From assembly GCF_001194135.2 (NCBI RefSeq), contig NC_068984.1:132859922-132923921 (forward strand): a DNA stretch of 64,000 nt, given 5' to 3'. The translations under genes and the position numbers were made by a program. Origin of the DNA: Octopus bimaculoides (taxonomy: Eukaryota). The notes under the pieces are model-generated. The model was not told the origin of the DNA. It saw nothing but the letters and a program-made list of their open reading frames with translations, and searched no databases. This document shows positions 1 through 14,393 of this stretch, in pieces (the stretch's first letter is position 1; each line of letters opens with the position of its first letter).

Positions 1-341
1 AAGCTAAGTAAAATCAAGTACCAGTGCAGCTGCCATATGGGAAAGCGCCCATGCTAGTGTCATGTGAAAGAGCACCTGTGCCGGCACCACATATGGAAGC
101 ATTCGTGCCAACATCATGTAAGAAGGCATCTGTGCTGGCATCATGTAATAAAAACACCTGTGCCAGCACCACGCAGAAAAGCACCCAATACATTCTGTAA
201 AGTTGTTGGTATAAGGAAGGGCGTCCAGCTGTTGAAACCATGCCAAAACAGATGACTGGGGCCTATTGCAGCCTTCCAGCTTACCAGCTCCAGTCAAACT
301 GTTCAACCCAGGCCAGCATGGAAAACACATTAAATGATGTT

Positions 342-377
<36 letters not shown>

Positions 378-503
378 CTGACATAAACATAAGTTATACT
401 TATAAAGGGGAGAAAATATATACTGTACACAATACATTGTGGAGAGAGAGAGAGAGTGTGTGTGTGTGCGTGTGTGTGTGCGTGTGTGTGTGCGTGTGCG
501 TAT

Positions 504-543
<40 letters not shown>

Positions 544-2921
544 GTGTGTCATCTAAAAGGCCTTAAGTCAGGGAAAAGATGTGCTCGTATGTCTGTCAGT
601 AGGGTGGGTGTATTATCCAGGATGTATAGTATTGAATATCCATCATGGCTGGTATTACTTATCGGTTTCGCGTAAAGAATACAATAGAGTGTTAGGTAAC
701 AAACTGATTATATAGCTTCATGCTCATATGGAAGAGAATATGGCAACTGTTGTCAGAGGTAAATTAGCACAACCAGTCAGTGGTGGCTGCTGTGAGAAAG
801 GTGGTGGAATGAAAAAGGGCCCAGGGGATTAGTTTAGGAGTTATGTCCCTTGGTTGAGTATGCTGCAAAGCAGGCAAGAGTTATCTTGAAGTGGGGAAAG
901 TGTGTGTTATTAATGTGGTGCGCCTGTGGGGATGGGGTGTGTGGTATGTGGAGTGGTGTCATATGTATAATTTTCTCCAGGGGTGTAGGTATATATAGCT
1001 GTGTTTGTTGGTCCGTTTTCTTTCTATAAAGGATAAAATTGTGTGTGTATGGGGCAGGGGGTTATGTTAGCATGCAGTGTGTAATGTAGGTGTGTAGGGT
1101 CTGTGTATATGTGGTGGTACAATTTGTGTGAAGGGATAAGTGTTGCGGGGGGGGGGGGGAGACAGTTTATTTTGTGGTGTGTACTCCTTATAGGGATGTG
1201 TCTGTGTGTGTACATGGGTGCCTTAGTGTGTGTTTTGGTCAAACCCTTATTGCCGGGATCAAGGGCATTGGTGGAAGGTTGTCTGCAGAAGGTTGAGGCA
1301 GGGGACCTGTGGTTGTAGTCATGGTGGGGCATGCAGGTACAATAGAATGTACTTCCTTTCATGTGAGCAAGGATTAAACACCTCATCCCTGCTATTCCTG
1401 ATGACACTCTTTTATAACCATCATATGTCAAAGCAAGAATACACACACACGGCAGACTTCTTTCAGTTTCCATTTACTAAATCCACTCACAAAGCTTTGG
1501 TTGGCCTAGGGCTACAGTAGAAGACACCTGCTCAAGGTACCATAAAGTTGGACTGAACCTGAGACCACGCGGTTAGGAAGCAAGCTTCATTAGGACACAA
1601 TCATGCCCATGCCTTGATGTGGAACTAAAACTGGTGCCATTGATTCGTCTTAAATGACTTTTGTCGTTATAAGCCGATTCATTATTGAATAGTCATTAGT
1701 AAACCTAGGGCATGAAGTAGCAAATCAAACACTGAAGTGATGACTATAAAGATTGTTTCTCAAAGATGCTGGCATGTTGACTTCGTTTGAACTTCATTGC
1801 AAGTTTAACTATTTTAACAATGACTGTTACAAGTTTGTTGTGAGTCTGATGTCTTGAAATTTAGAACCTAAAACTGCATTGGTACCTTCTTTTAAAACAA
1901 ATTAAAGATTTTGTTGAAAGTGATTTCAATGAGTTGATTGAACTGCTCTCTTGAAGCATTTTAATTTGATTCAGAGAAGCTAGCTTCCATTTATAAAAAT
2001 AAAGTGAATGAAAATCTCTGTAAAGTGGTTAGTGTCAGGAAGGGCATCCAACTGAAATTATGCCAAAGCAGACAGCTTGGTGCTGTTCTCTGGTTTGTCA
2101 GTTACTGTTGAACTATCTATTCTATGCCAGCAAGAAAAAGTGACATTAAAAAACAATGACAAGTTGGTTGAACTACTATCTAGAAGCATTTTCATTCAAT
2201 TTGGAGAAGAAAGTTCCGGTTTATAGCTCAAGTAGATAAAAACCCTCTTTACACACTTCAATGTCCTTTTGAAAGGAACTCCCCTCTTTTGTAAGTGTTC
2301 TTATCCTATATTAACTGTCAATTTTTCAAACTGGTTCTTTTTCTTTTATCTTAGACATCTCCACTTCCTTGTTATGGGCCGAGGTGTCCCATATTGGACA
2401 ACAACTAAAACAAAGTCAAATTTAATTAACGAACTGAGAATGGAAACATAAATTCAGTTAAGTGGTTGTTGTTTAACACTGGATTTGCTATGATAGAACA
2501 GACCTATAGTCAGAGGCATTTCAGCCATGACAATCGCGTCTTAACTGGTCTTGTCTTCAGGGAGTGTAAATTCAAGACTATGAACTTTCTTTTTCAAGAT
2601 GGTACAATAGGTAAGTTGGAGGGAGATTTGGCTGCTATTTCTAGCAAGTCAAGAAACCATATGTTTTTCAACTCATCAATGACATGATACTCAGAAACGT
2701 TACCATGACACATACTGGTCCTTAGGTACCTTATGTTTTTACTTGTTTCAGTCATTAGACTGTGACCATGCTGGGGCACCACCTTTGAATTCTTAGTCAA
2801 ATGAATCAACCTCAGCACTTATTTTTTTAAGCCTGGTACCGATTCTATCAGTCTCTTTTGCCAGACCACTAATTCACTGGCATGTAAACAACAATACCAG
2901 TTGTATAGCAGTGGTGGGAGA

Positions 2922-2924
<3 letters not shown>

Positions 2925-3007
<83 letters not shown>
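2925..3007. repeat. (CA)n microsatellite within SINE family B
   Basis: Directly visible. Confidence 0.95.
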
Positions 3008-3009
<2 letters not shown>

Positions 3010-3834
3010 GGGCTTCTTTCAGTTTCTATCTACCAAATCCACTCACAAGGCTTTTGTCAGCCCAAGACTATAATAGAAGATGCTTGTTCAAGGTTCCATG
3101 CAGTTGGACTGAACCCAGAACCATGTGGTTGGGAAGCAAGCTTCTTACCACACAGCCATGCCTACACCTACAGTGGAATAATACAATAAAATAAAAATGA
3201 ACTTATTTTAGTGCTCAGGTGCACTACAACTCATCAGAAAAAGTAGCCAAAATTTCATGGACAGTACCTAAGCATTTAAACTTATTCTCCAGTGAGTGTA
3301 TTAATGTGCTGCTACCTACCACACCCAACCAGTCTGAAAAAGCCATAGGTGCATGCCTTTCTTCTGACTATTAAAGAGAATTTTCTCACTGAAAGACCTC
3401 TCAGACATACGATACTTAATTAAGGGTATAATCACACTCACACACCCACCAGAAATTAAACTAGTCAAACATCTGCCAAACACCATGTTAGTTACATTTT
3501 CTCAAATGTCTTCATGCCTGACATGTGATCAAAATTAAAAGAAGTTTTACTGATTAAAAACACTGACCAACATCTAAAATACTTCATTAGCAATTGAATA
3601 AGTTCAAACGAAACAGCTTTTAGTGGACAGTTCCCTGTGAGAGAAATGCTGGTTGCATCATCTTCATGAAGGTAAAAACTTAGGTATTATCACAATGCTA
3701 GTGTTACAACATACAGGTAACTTAAGCAGTGATTTGTTTAACCTAAATATCTTGCCTTCTGTTGACAAACCCACCTAACTAAAGACACAAGAAACAAATT
3801 TAAGTGTGTTTTTGTAAATATCTAACAGAAAGCA

Positions 3835-4125
3835 TATATATGTGTGCGTGTGTGTGTATATTATATATGTCTGTGTGTGTGTATATATACATGTATATAT
3901 ATTATATGTGTGTATATATATATGTGTGTGTTTGTGTATATATATATATACATGTATATATATCATATATGTGTGTATATATATGTGTATATATATTATA
4001 TGTGTGTATATATATATGTGTGTGTTTGTGTATATATATATATACATGTATATATATCATATATGTGTGTATATATGTGTATATATATTATATGTGTATA
4101 TATATGTGTGTGTGTNNNNNNNNNN

Positions 4126-4177
<52 letters not shown>
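3835..4177. repeat. Compound (TA/TG)n microsatellite with an internal duplication of about 96 bp and a 10-N gap
   Basis: Directly visible; N at 4116-4125. Confidence 0.95.
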
Positions 4178-4184
<7 letters not shown>

Positions 4185-4965
4185 GTGAAAGGAGTGGCAA
4201 AGTTTGGTGAATGTCAATCAGCAAAAGTATCAAACAGTGAGTCAGGTCATTTTCTGTGTTACTGATATCATATAATCCAGTACAACCTGTTACATGACTG
4301 GGTCATCAGTTTAACCGGCTCACCCACCAGACTAGTTTGGTGCTAGAAACACCCAATAGGGCAAAAACAAAACTCAGCCAAAAGAATAGCTGAAGCCAGC
4401 ATAAGATTCAATGACTGTAGTAAAGTGTGCAGGGACATATGAATACTTAGGAAGTGAATGAACACCCTGTAAAATCACTTTGGAAGTGATTGTCCCTAGT
4501 TCTTTGTCAGAATTTGTCAGGTAGGTGCACAAGTTTCATTAGCCGTGGTTAGGTGACTCATCTGCTCAGTTCTACTACCTTGTGGATGAATGCAGGTAGA
4601 TAAAGACTGAGACAATAAATTTCAAAGAAAAAAAAAAAAATCAAGCTTTGGTCGCCTCTCATAGTTGGGAGATGGTACCAGTCCTCTGGATCACCTTCTT
4701 CAGAGCAAAAATTGTGATACTGGAAGATGTGCAGCTCACCTCCATGCTACTGTTAAGCCTTATTGCACCATTATCTTGTACTGAAATGCAGAACAAAGGT
4801 CTTGGCTATCAGGGGGTTACCATTGTGGTGGTTAGAGAGTATCATGCACATATGTGACAATCAAATACTAACACTTTTGTAGTTCTTAACTTGTGAAGGC
4901 ACACAGTAAGTGCAGTATTGATGACAGAAGTCGAGATTCCCTGGTTGCCTATGTGACTGCATTCT

Positions 4966-5015
<50 letters not shown>

Positions 5016-8000
5016 AATAATGATATTAACAAGATTATCACTGGCCACAGTGCACCATTTGGTCCAGAAGTCAAACCCATGATCTAGCATTTGTGATTGC
5101 AGCATCCTAACCACAAGGCCCTGTGCCTTCACACACACATACACACGTGTGTGAAGAAGGCACACTTTAAATGATAATTTTATATATATATATATATATA
5201 TATCATCATTTGACATCCGCTTTCTATGAAGGCATGAGTTAGATGGATTGACTGGAACTGGTATGCTGCGCCAGTCTCCACTCTGATTTGGCATGGTTTC
5301 TATGGCTGGATGCCCTTCCTAATGCCAATCACTCAGAGTGTAATGCATGCTTTTTTTTATGTGCCACTGGCATGGGTGCCAGCGATGGTCATGACTATGA
5401 TTCCATAAGTGCTATTTACATGACAGTGACAACAACCACAACAACGATTTCATTTGGCTTGATGACACACACACACAAACAAATATACACGACATAAAGA
5501 TATGAATTTTTCTCTCAAATTAACTTATATGTATTTTCATACCGACTGAGAGTAAGCCCAACACAGGCAACACAACTGAAATTTATCCATTAACAATTTT
5601 ATAGATTAAAGTATTTCTTTCATAGCATCCAACATATTTATTGCTAATTGCATCATGCCATGTTGGACAGATTCCATTTTTATGTTGATTCTATATTGTG
5701 TGTTCATGTGTATAACATATGTACAAAATGGAAGGAACGATCAAAATAACAATAAAGCAACAAATAGAGGAAATTCCATATAGATATTTGTATTGAGTAA
5801 TAAGTTGGTTAATGCAGTATGAATGCTGCAAGAGATGCTAGCAATACTATGCAATTGTTGAGCTAAGATGATGATGGCAGCTAAACAGAAGCTGAATCAA
5901 TTCTGAAAGAGGATAAGAACAATGGCGCCAATTTACCTTCATGAGGAAGTGTTTCTGTGAAAATCAATAGAAGTCATACAAGTGATACATTAAACAGAGA
6001 AGCTGAGATATAGCCTGATAATTCAGCTTGCTACATATTATTATTATCACAAGCATCATCATCATCAGCATATAATATATGAATTAAATTTGTATTCTAA
6101 GGCAAGATAAATTTATTCTGTATAACGTTTTTTTTAAATGAAATTAACTTTTGATGAGAATTGTATTCTGTTTCAGAATTCTTGCTGCTTCTTTTCCATC
6201 ACCACAGTAATCTTACTGGAAATTAAAACAGAATGAGATTAGTACAAGTCTCCATTTAATGATATTTCAATATTGAAATATTGCAGACATTTGCACATCT
6301 ATGTCAGCTAATGTGGAAAACAAAATGGACTCAAATTTAAACAGTAAAAGAACTTGTGTATTCAAATGATATTCATAGTCAAGGTTAGTAACAGATCAAC
6401 ACTCAAAGCTTTCCATGCAAACTTTAGATGAACCTATTAACACAACAATATATTTCCATGAGGCTATCTATTGAATCACTTCTTCAGCAATGTCTAACAT
6501 TTTAAGCTTTGCTTTAATAGCCATGTCTCATCTCTTACTGTTGTTCTTTCTAATATCACTCACTAATAAATACTTTAGTTTTAGCCATGCTCCTCACAAG
6601 TTTTGGGTCTAGAAACTCTTCTTGCAATTCTCAAACTTCTAACCATCATGAACTGATGCTACAATAAAAAAGTAAGGCAGTGCTTATGAAGAAGTTACTA
6701 TATGAACCCAGTTCTATAATCTAGTGGGAGTGGGGAGAATGGTCACTGAAATGATGTGGAGAACATCACTGAAATTCAAACTTCTTACTACCCATTTGGG
6801 CAAAATATCTAAAAGATTAACTTAATTCTTCCAGCAACTTACTACATTAACATCCCTGATTACACATGCTATTTGTAAATGCCTACTTGCAGAAAATATT
6901 ATTTTAAGAGATATTCTGAGTAGTTATTCCGATATTTTTACCATGAAGTTCAGTGCACCTGAATATTTGTAGGGAGACAAGACAAAGCTTATGAGGTATG
7001 GCAAATTTGAGAGGAATCCAATGCAGAATAATAGGAATTCAATCAAATCTGTCCAGAAGATGATTTGAAGTCAGTTGAAGATAAAAGATTTTGAGTGTAA
7101 ATAGTCAAAATGTGACTCAAAGAGTTTAGTTCTCAGTCAACAGATGATAGCTATAATCATCATCATTTAATGTCCATTTCCATGCTGATATAGGTTGGAC
7201 AGTTTGACAGGATTTGCCAAGCCACAAGACTATGTTAAGTTTCTGTATCAATGTAGTGGGGATGAAATACTGGTATTAGATTCATTGATTGCCAATTCCA
7301 GGTAATACCTTCAATTTTAAGTTTCTGTTTAGTAATTTTCAGTTTATCTCTTTATATTTGAGAGATGGGCTTCTGTGTATTCTAGACATGGAGCTCAGGT
7401 ATACACACTAGTTATCTCCCCATGATCAATGCTGATAGGGTTAAACTTTGAAAATGAAATTACAGTAGCTGGAGATACAGTGGCTCTGAGGTTTAGGTGC
7501 TGCACAATTGATCACATCATTAGAAGCTAAGGTCTTACTCTAACTATTTGAATTTCCAAATCAAGATGTACAATTCTGTTCATTTTAATGACTGGAAATT
7601 TTCTCAGGTATGCCTTTTGCACAGAGAACATAGTTAAATGGGAGCTAATCTACTGTAGAGACCTCCACCTCAATAAAGTCAAATGAAAACAAAGAATCAT
7701 TAGCATTAATAACAATTCTTGCTATGAAAGGCAAGGGAGACCAATCGAAAGGTCAAACAGTGAAAATTGGATGAGCGTATGCAGTAGGGATTAAATCTAA
7801 TTTCTGGTAAATACTGCAACAAATATGAATGGGTTTCAGTCTTATTAGACATCTTCAGTGAAGCATAGTCTTGCTTGTACTTGCCAGATTTGCAAATGAC
7901 AGGGGATAACAATTGAGTGGAATACATTCACTGATTAGGAAATTTGAAGTAAATGACACAAGAAAATTTCCCATGGATACTATTGCATGAAGAATTCATA

Positions 8001-9457
8001 GTTAAGTGGGGCTAATATAGTATAGTATAATAAAAGTTTAGGCTTCTGAGTTGTCCTGCTTATCTTTCTTGATAGGAATTATTAATACTAGTGAGTTTTC
8101 TACTCATTATAATATTACTAGTTCTAGGTTACCCAGCCTAAAAATAATATAAGTAAACTTAAATACAGACTACTCCTACTTTACAGTTGAAGTGGTTAAT
8201 AGCATGAAGGGTATCCAACTGGAAAAACAACTCAACAACAACAATAAAAAAAGCATCTCAATTATGGAAGTAAAATAGGGAAAATATAATACAAAGAAAG
8301 GCAACCACAGCTTGTGATCTAATATTCTGAAAGTCTCTAACTCTGTGATGACTGAGTGAAATAACCAAGTAGATAATGTAATAGATAACCTGTTCATAGA
8401 TTGTCAAATGAAATCTGCTGCAGGCGTTTTATCATTTCTGTGTAGAACTTTTAGTTCTACATTGTTTCAGTTTAATTAATTGTCAAGAATAGATACCAAA
8501 TCAGCTGGGAATTTTAATCTGCAGTTGACTGGTTTCCTATCCTAAAAGCCTTTTGGGGCTTGGAAGATATTTGAATTATGATAATCACAAACTTTGCATA
8601 TAGCTATAGCAATGCAGTGAGCTATGAGAGACATAGCCTACAGACATCTGCTTGCTTCAGAGAAAGAAGAAATAGTTTTAGACAGTTTTATATATAAATT
8701 ACTACAAACAAGAATAGTAAATATATGACGATGTATCTCCTTTGAGAATCAATTGTGGTGTACATGCAGTTTTTAATCTCATTTCTATTACAAGATAAGC
8801 ATAGTATTGATCTCTCTACTTGATATAAAGAGGTCAATATTCTGTCAGAAAAGATGGTGGAATAGCAGAAACAGTAAAGTATCAGACTAAATGTGCTATG
8901 GTGTTTAGTTGTCTCACTATACTGAGTTCAAACACCACGAAAGCGCACTGACTTTTATTTCTCTGTGATTGATAAAATATGTATTGGCACATGGCCAGAA
9001 ATTTTGGAGGGTGAATTACAAGTGAATTACACCAACCTCAGCACTCAGCTAATACTTGTTTTATCAACCCTGAAAGGCAAAGTTGACCTCAACAGAACTT
9101 GAACTAAGAATGTAAAGACAGATGAATGCTGCTAAGCATTTTGCCTGGCATGCTAATGATTCTATCAGCTAGCTGCCTTTTGTATTGGTAATATTAGCAA
9201 TATATTTATTGACCTGTGGAGATTGATTTCATCTACTTTACAAATGCACTTTGTGCTAAAGTAAGAAATCAGTTTTCTAAAGGAGCAGGGTATAATTAAC
9301 TAAATAGATTCTGATATACTGGTTATACTTAATTTACAAATCATAAGAAAATGGGTGGGTAAATTAGTTCCTGAGAGTACGGGAGGCGAGAGGTAGATGG
9401 ATACTATGCTTATCTTGTAATAGAAATGAGATTAAAAACTGCATGTACACCACAACT

Positions 9458-9517
9458 GATTCTCAAAGGAGATACATCATCATATAAATATATGATGATG
9501 TATCTCCTTTGAGAATC
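9458..9517. repeat. Perfect 29-bp inverted repeat with 2-nt spacer
   Basis: GATTCTCAAAGGAGATACATCATCATATA-aa-TATATGATGATGTATCTCCTTTGAGAATC. Confidence 0.95.
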
Positions 9518-10127
9518 GTTTCGTTTGATAATCTATGAGCAGGTTATCTATTCTTATTTGTAGTAACTTATATATAAAACTGTCTAAAACTATTTCTTCT
9601 TTCCTTGAAGCAAGCAGATGTCTGTAGGCTTTGTCTCTCATAACTTTCTGCATTGCTAATAGCTGTATGCAAAGTTTGTTGTGATTATCATAACCATGTA
9701 CCACTCCTACAGCAAGACACCTGTTCCTACCCCTCAAATATACCTTAACCTCTCATCACTTGGCATTGAGACACACTTCCTTCAATGCTACTCTCCCACC
9801 TCAGTTGAGGGGTCTTGTCTTGCAAGTTACTTGGTAACCTCACTAGTGCTAGTGCTGCATAAAAAGCACCAGTACACTCTGTAAAGGGGTTGGCATTAGG
9901 AAGGGCATTCAGTTGTAAAAACCATGCCAAAGGAGGTCAATTCAATTCTCTCGCTTGCCAGAGCTGTCCAACCCATGCCAGCATGGAAAATGGACATTAA
10001 AGTGATGATGCAGAGAATGGAAGTCTAAGCCAACTTTATTTCACCTATTATTCAGTCTGAGGAAGAACTTGACTTTTGCAGATCCTCCTAGCCTGGTAAA
10101 TTTGATATGGCTGATGCTCAGACTTAA

Positions 10128-10133
<6 letters not shown>

Positions 10134-10182
<49 letters not shown>

Positions 10183-10275
10183 NNNNNNNNNNNNNNNNNN
10201 NNNNNNNNNNNNNNNNNNNNNNNNNNNNNNNNNNNNNNNNNNNNNNNNNNNNNNNNNNNNNNNNNNNNNNNNNNN

Positions 10276-10356
<81 letters not shown>
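10134..10356. repeat. (GA)n microsatellite spanning an assembly gap
   Basis: N at 10183-10275. Confidence 0.95.
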
Positions 10357-10357
<1 letters not shown>

Positions 10358-10956
10358 GAACACTGGGGGATGGGGCAGTTATAGGGAAGAAGGACTGTTT
10401 TAATGTTTATGGTGAGGTTTAGTGGGTGTATGACAAGATATGCACAGATAGATGCATTAAATGGATTTTAGCAAATGTGGTTCACAGCTTGCTAAGCTAG
10501 GTAAGTAAAAGCCATTGAAGTAGCAGAAGATGCAATACGCTGGTTGGTGAGTGGTTGTTGAATAAATATTGCCAATCAGCTGCATGAAACATTTGAACAA
10601 TGGGGTACAAAGTTTGACAGTTTGAAGATTCCAAATCCTGCATTCTGCTGTATGAAGCAGCTCTCTGCTGTTCTTCACTAGAATTTCCACGAACCAAAGT
10701 TCACTGTACAATATCTCTATATACCAAACAAATGTCACAGAACTCTTACATAAACTTTGCATATTAAAACTGCCAAAGAGTATTTAAACAGCAGAATTAG
10801 TACCCTTTGCTCTTTTCAAAGAAGGGCCCTGCCCAAAGCATTGAAACTCACTTCTCCTCACAATATACTCATCCCCTCCCCTCACCCAAATTGCCTCCCT
10901 TGTGGCAAAATTTGAAACCATCATTATTATTATTATTATTACTATTACTATCATCA

Positions 10957-10990
<34 letters not shown>

Positions 10991-13472
10991 GGTGGTGAGG
11001 TGGCAGAACTGTGAGCACATGCCAGACAAAATGCTTAGCAGCATTTCTTCTGGCTAGATGTCAGAGTTCAAATTCCACTAAGGCTGACTTTGCCTTTTAT
11101 CCTTATGGGGTTAATAAAATAAGTATCAGTTAAGCTCTGAAGTCAATGTACACAACGAAATCCTCCCCTAAAATTTCAGGCTTTGTACATATTTTAGAAA
11201 GAATCATTATTATTATCATAATTATCATTATCATTATTATTATTATTGTTATATTATTATTATTATACAAGAGAGAAATAATTAAAAATTTTTATGGCAG
11301 ATGTTAAATTGTTGTTGATATGATGTTGCCACTACTCAGATTTAATTAAAAACAAACAACAACATTAAATTATTCAACCATATTCTCTGTCTTTTTCCTT
11401 CTCCCTAACCCTTGTTGGAAAACTAATATTTAAAGAACATCTTATTGTGCTGAAGTGTTCTTCAGTTGCTCTGATGTCTGGTGTATGAACACTACGATAC
11501 CAGCAGATGTCTGCCATAAACATTTTCCTATGACCAATTCTTTGTGAGTAACCTATGGCAACAGCATTGTTCTAAGAAAGATACTTGGGCAGCCCAGATG
11601 ACATGCTAACAACAAAAATGACCAGCATATTTATGAAGTGTTGCTGCTGGCACCTACCTAACACAATAGCGATGATGATAGGGAAAAATGCTACTGTACA
11701 CACCTATATAACCCATGCCAACATCAGACAAGGAGGAAAGGAAAGCTTCACATTAAAACTATACAAGACAAAAGAGAAGAAGACTGAAAAGAACTGGAAA
11801 CACAGTGGAGGGCAGAAAACATAACCATTTCTTAATGGAAAATGCAATGTATATTGCTTTTGTTCAATGCAGTTTATAGTCATATAGCTAATCTTTGCTA
11901 TTATGGCATGATTTTCCAGTCATTTCTTTATATATAAATAAATATACATAATTACAATGCAGTGTCACTTCTTTGTAACCTCACTACCATCACCACCAAT
12001 GATAAGCTACACTTGTTCATGGCAAAAAGAAAAAAAAAAAAATCTTGTTGATGGTGTGAGTAAACAAGAATCTTACTAAAAAATGGGGTATAATATGTTT
12101 AACTCTTTCATAACCATATTTCTAGTAAAACACAGTGTGTGTTTCTATGAATTTGAAAAGAATCAAGAATATGGTCGTATATAGTAAAACTTTTTCATTT
12201 ATTTCTATTTTAACCTGGTGTTTGGAACATAAAAGGTTCTTCTATAAAATTATGAAGAATACTCTAAGATAAACAGTTTTGTTTTAAGACAAAAACAGCC
12301 CAGAAGAATGTCTCAAACAGTTGGTAGCAAAAGAGTTAAAAGGATCAATTAAAAATATTAAGCTCATAAGGAATAGTTTATCTGGCATTTTGTAATAAGA
12401 CATATACATTTAAGGTTTCCTGTCTTCATCTTCAAAATCTATTTTCAAGTAAGTTTTCTTATTTTTGTTCATCTCTCCAAACGGGTTTGCACTCAAAACA
12501 TGTAAACCTTTCTCTGGAGCATTGCAATTAGTAAAGTAAACCAGATGAGTTTCAAACTTAATTCTTTAAAATAATGTTTAACCCTATAACACTTGTCAAC
12601 AATTCTTGATGTTTCAGATTTGAATTATATAAAGAAAATGACAAAACTGAAAATTTGGATGAACTCCAAGGATCTTTTACATTTGAACAACAATATTGCA
12701 TACAAACAGGTATTTTATCTGGCAATTGTTGTAACTTTTACAATCATGCCTTTAGACCTACTAATTATTTGTTCCTGCATACAGATAAAGCAAACATTAT
12801 AGAGTTAATAGTTTCCTTCCAAATGTAGCAAAAAGTGAATAGTTTGAAACTATATTCAAAACTATGAATTTTTGCCAATTACATTTTTCATGCATCTTTT
12901 ATTCTTAGCTTAACCAATTAACATCCATTTATTAACCAATAAATTGAATTAATAGCATTCCTATTACATTTTTTTGAAGCTGTTGAGGTTAACTAAAAAC
13001 TACAGTTATTATTTGGAATAAAATATGAATTGGTACCAATGTACCATGCTTTCACTAATTGTAATTGCATTCAGACATAGAATACACACCTACTCATTCC
13101 TCATACACTTGACTAATGGAACATCCAGGATGTGACAGTTGGAGGGAGAGCAGCACCAGCTGATATTCATTTCAACTGAGTAAAGTGGAGAAATAGGAGA
13201 TGAATACTGTGATGAAAGAGATATGTATCATCTGATGCAAGAATCCACAACCATGTTTTTGAGTCCAACACTTCAAATACTAGGTCAAGCTTATCATCTT
13301 TGGGATGGTCTTATGAAATCAAATATAATTATGTGGTAGGTAAGTCTTCCTTCATTTCAATCTTTGTTCCTTTTAGCTTTTCACGAATCTTTAAAATGGT
13401 TTTTATATTTTATTCTACATATGCTATTGATTAGTTTTTGCCAATATAAGCCATCCCACTAGAATGATTAGT

Positions 13473-13884
13473 CCTTGTTGTGGTGAAGTGGCTTGTGTCA
13501 ATGACCTGGAGAGCTATGCCATTAAAGTGCAAGCATCTTGTAGGCCTCCCATGTTGGACAGGTCAAAGGGGAGGCCAGACTAAGATGGACCACCTCTTGC
13601 CAGAGGTAAAAATGATTTTGCATAGGGACAAGACCCCTACCTAGGAAAAAGCAAAGTTACAGAAGTGATAATAAAAATTCGAAACTAATAACACTAGGGA
13701 GAGGAAAACCATCCCTCAGGAAAACATATAACATGGTGTAGCAAAATCCAAAAAGCTGCAAGGTCAAAAAAAAGCAGGAATCCAATGGAGAGAAGCAAAA
13801 AAAAGCCCAGCGTTGAGAACACTGGAGAAAAGTTGTCAATGGCTTGTGCTCCATTAAAGGGAGTAAAAAGTAGCTTAAGTAAGT
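13473..13884 (+). mobile_element. Bipartite non-autonomous RTE-derived element (5'UTR joined to 3' end)
   Basis: RTE-type 5' leader (ccttgttgtggtg...ctcccatg.tggacaggtcaaagg...gactaa...ggaccacc), and a 3' end terminating in gcttaagtaagt; no ORF. Paralogous copy at 45892-46200. Confidence 0.65.
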
Positions 13885-14330
13885 ATAAAAACACAAGCCA
13901 TCACTTATTTCTATCAAGTTTCTATATTTTCAATAGTGTAGAATGCACATCTAATAATCCATTCACAATTTTTAAAATTTCAATTAGATCCTTTAAAATT
14001 TTCATCACAAATGTCACTAAATCAACTGAGTTCTATCCTCATAGATGAAATTACAGGTGGTTGACTTATCACTGGCACTGTTTATTTGACTCTGTAAAAA
14101 GACAACCAAATAAACTGTAAAATGGTGCCACCAGAACAGCTCAGTGCTGAAAGTAATAATGGTATTTTTTAACCAACAAATATTTTGTTAGCAAATGCTT
14201 ATTAAAATTTTTTCCACGAGCTAATGAAAAAGGATAGTATTATCAAAAGCTTTTTAAAAACAACTGATGATTTCCAAAGAAATCAGGAAACCAGTTACTA
14301 TACTTGAAGACAGAATTTTCTGATAAACTG

Positions 14331-14393
14331 CAGAGATTACTATTTTCAGAGATTACTATTTTCAGAGATTACTATTTTCAGAGATTACTGTTT
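14331..14393. repeat. 16-bp minisatellite (CAGAGATTACTATTTT) x about 3.8
   Basis: Directly visible. Confidence 0.95.

Noticed and set aside
4-5500. Many 60-150 aa ORFs (CVCV, HTHT, YIYI, and CFKVPCSWTEPRTMW-type)
   Set aside because: They are read-throughs of microsatellites and SINE bodies; the same peptides recur wherever the SINEs recur.
14331-14393. Regular repeats resembling a CRISPR array
   Set aside because: The units are directly tandem with no spacers, in eukaryotic context; this is a minisatellite.
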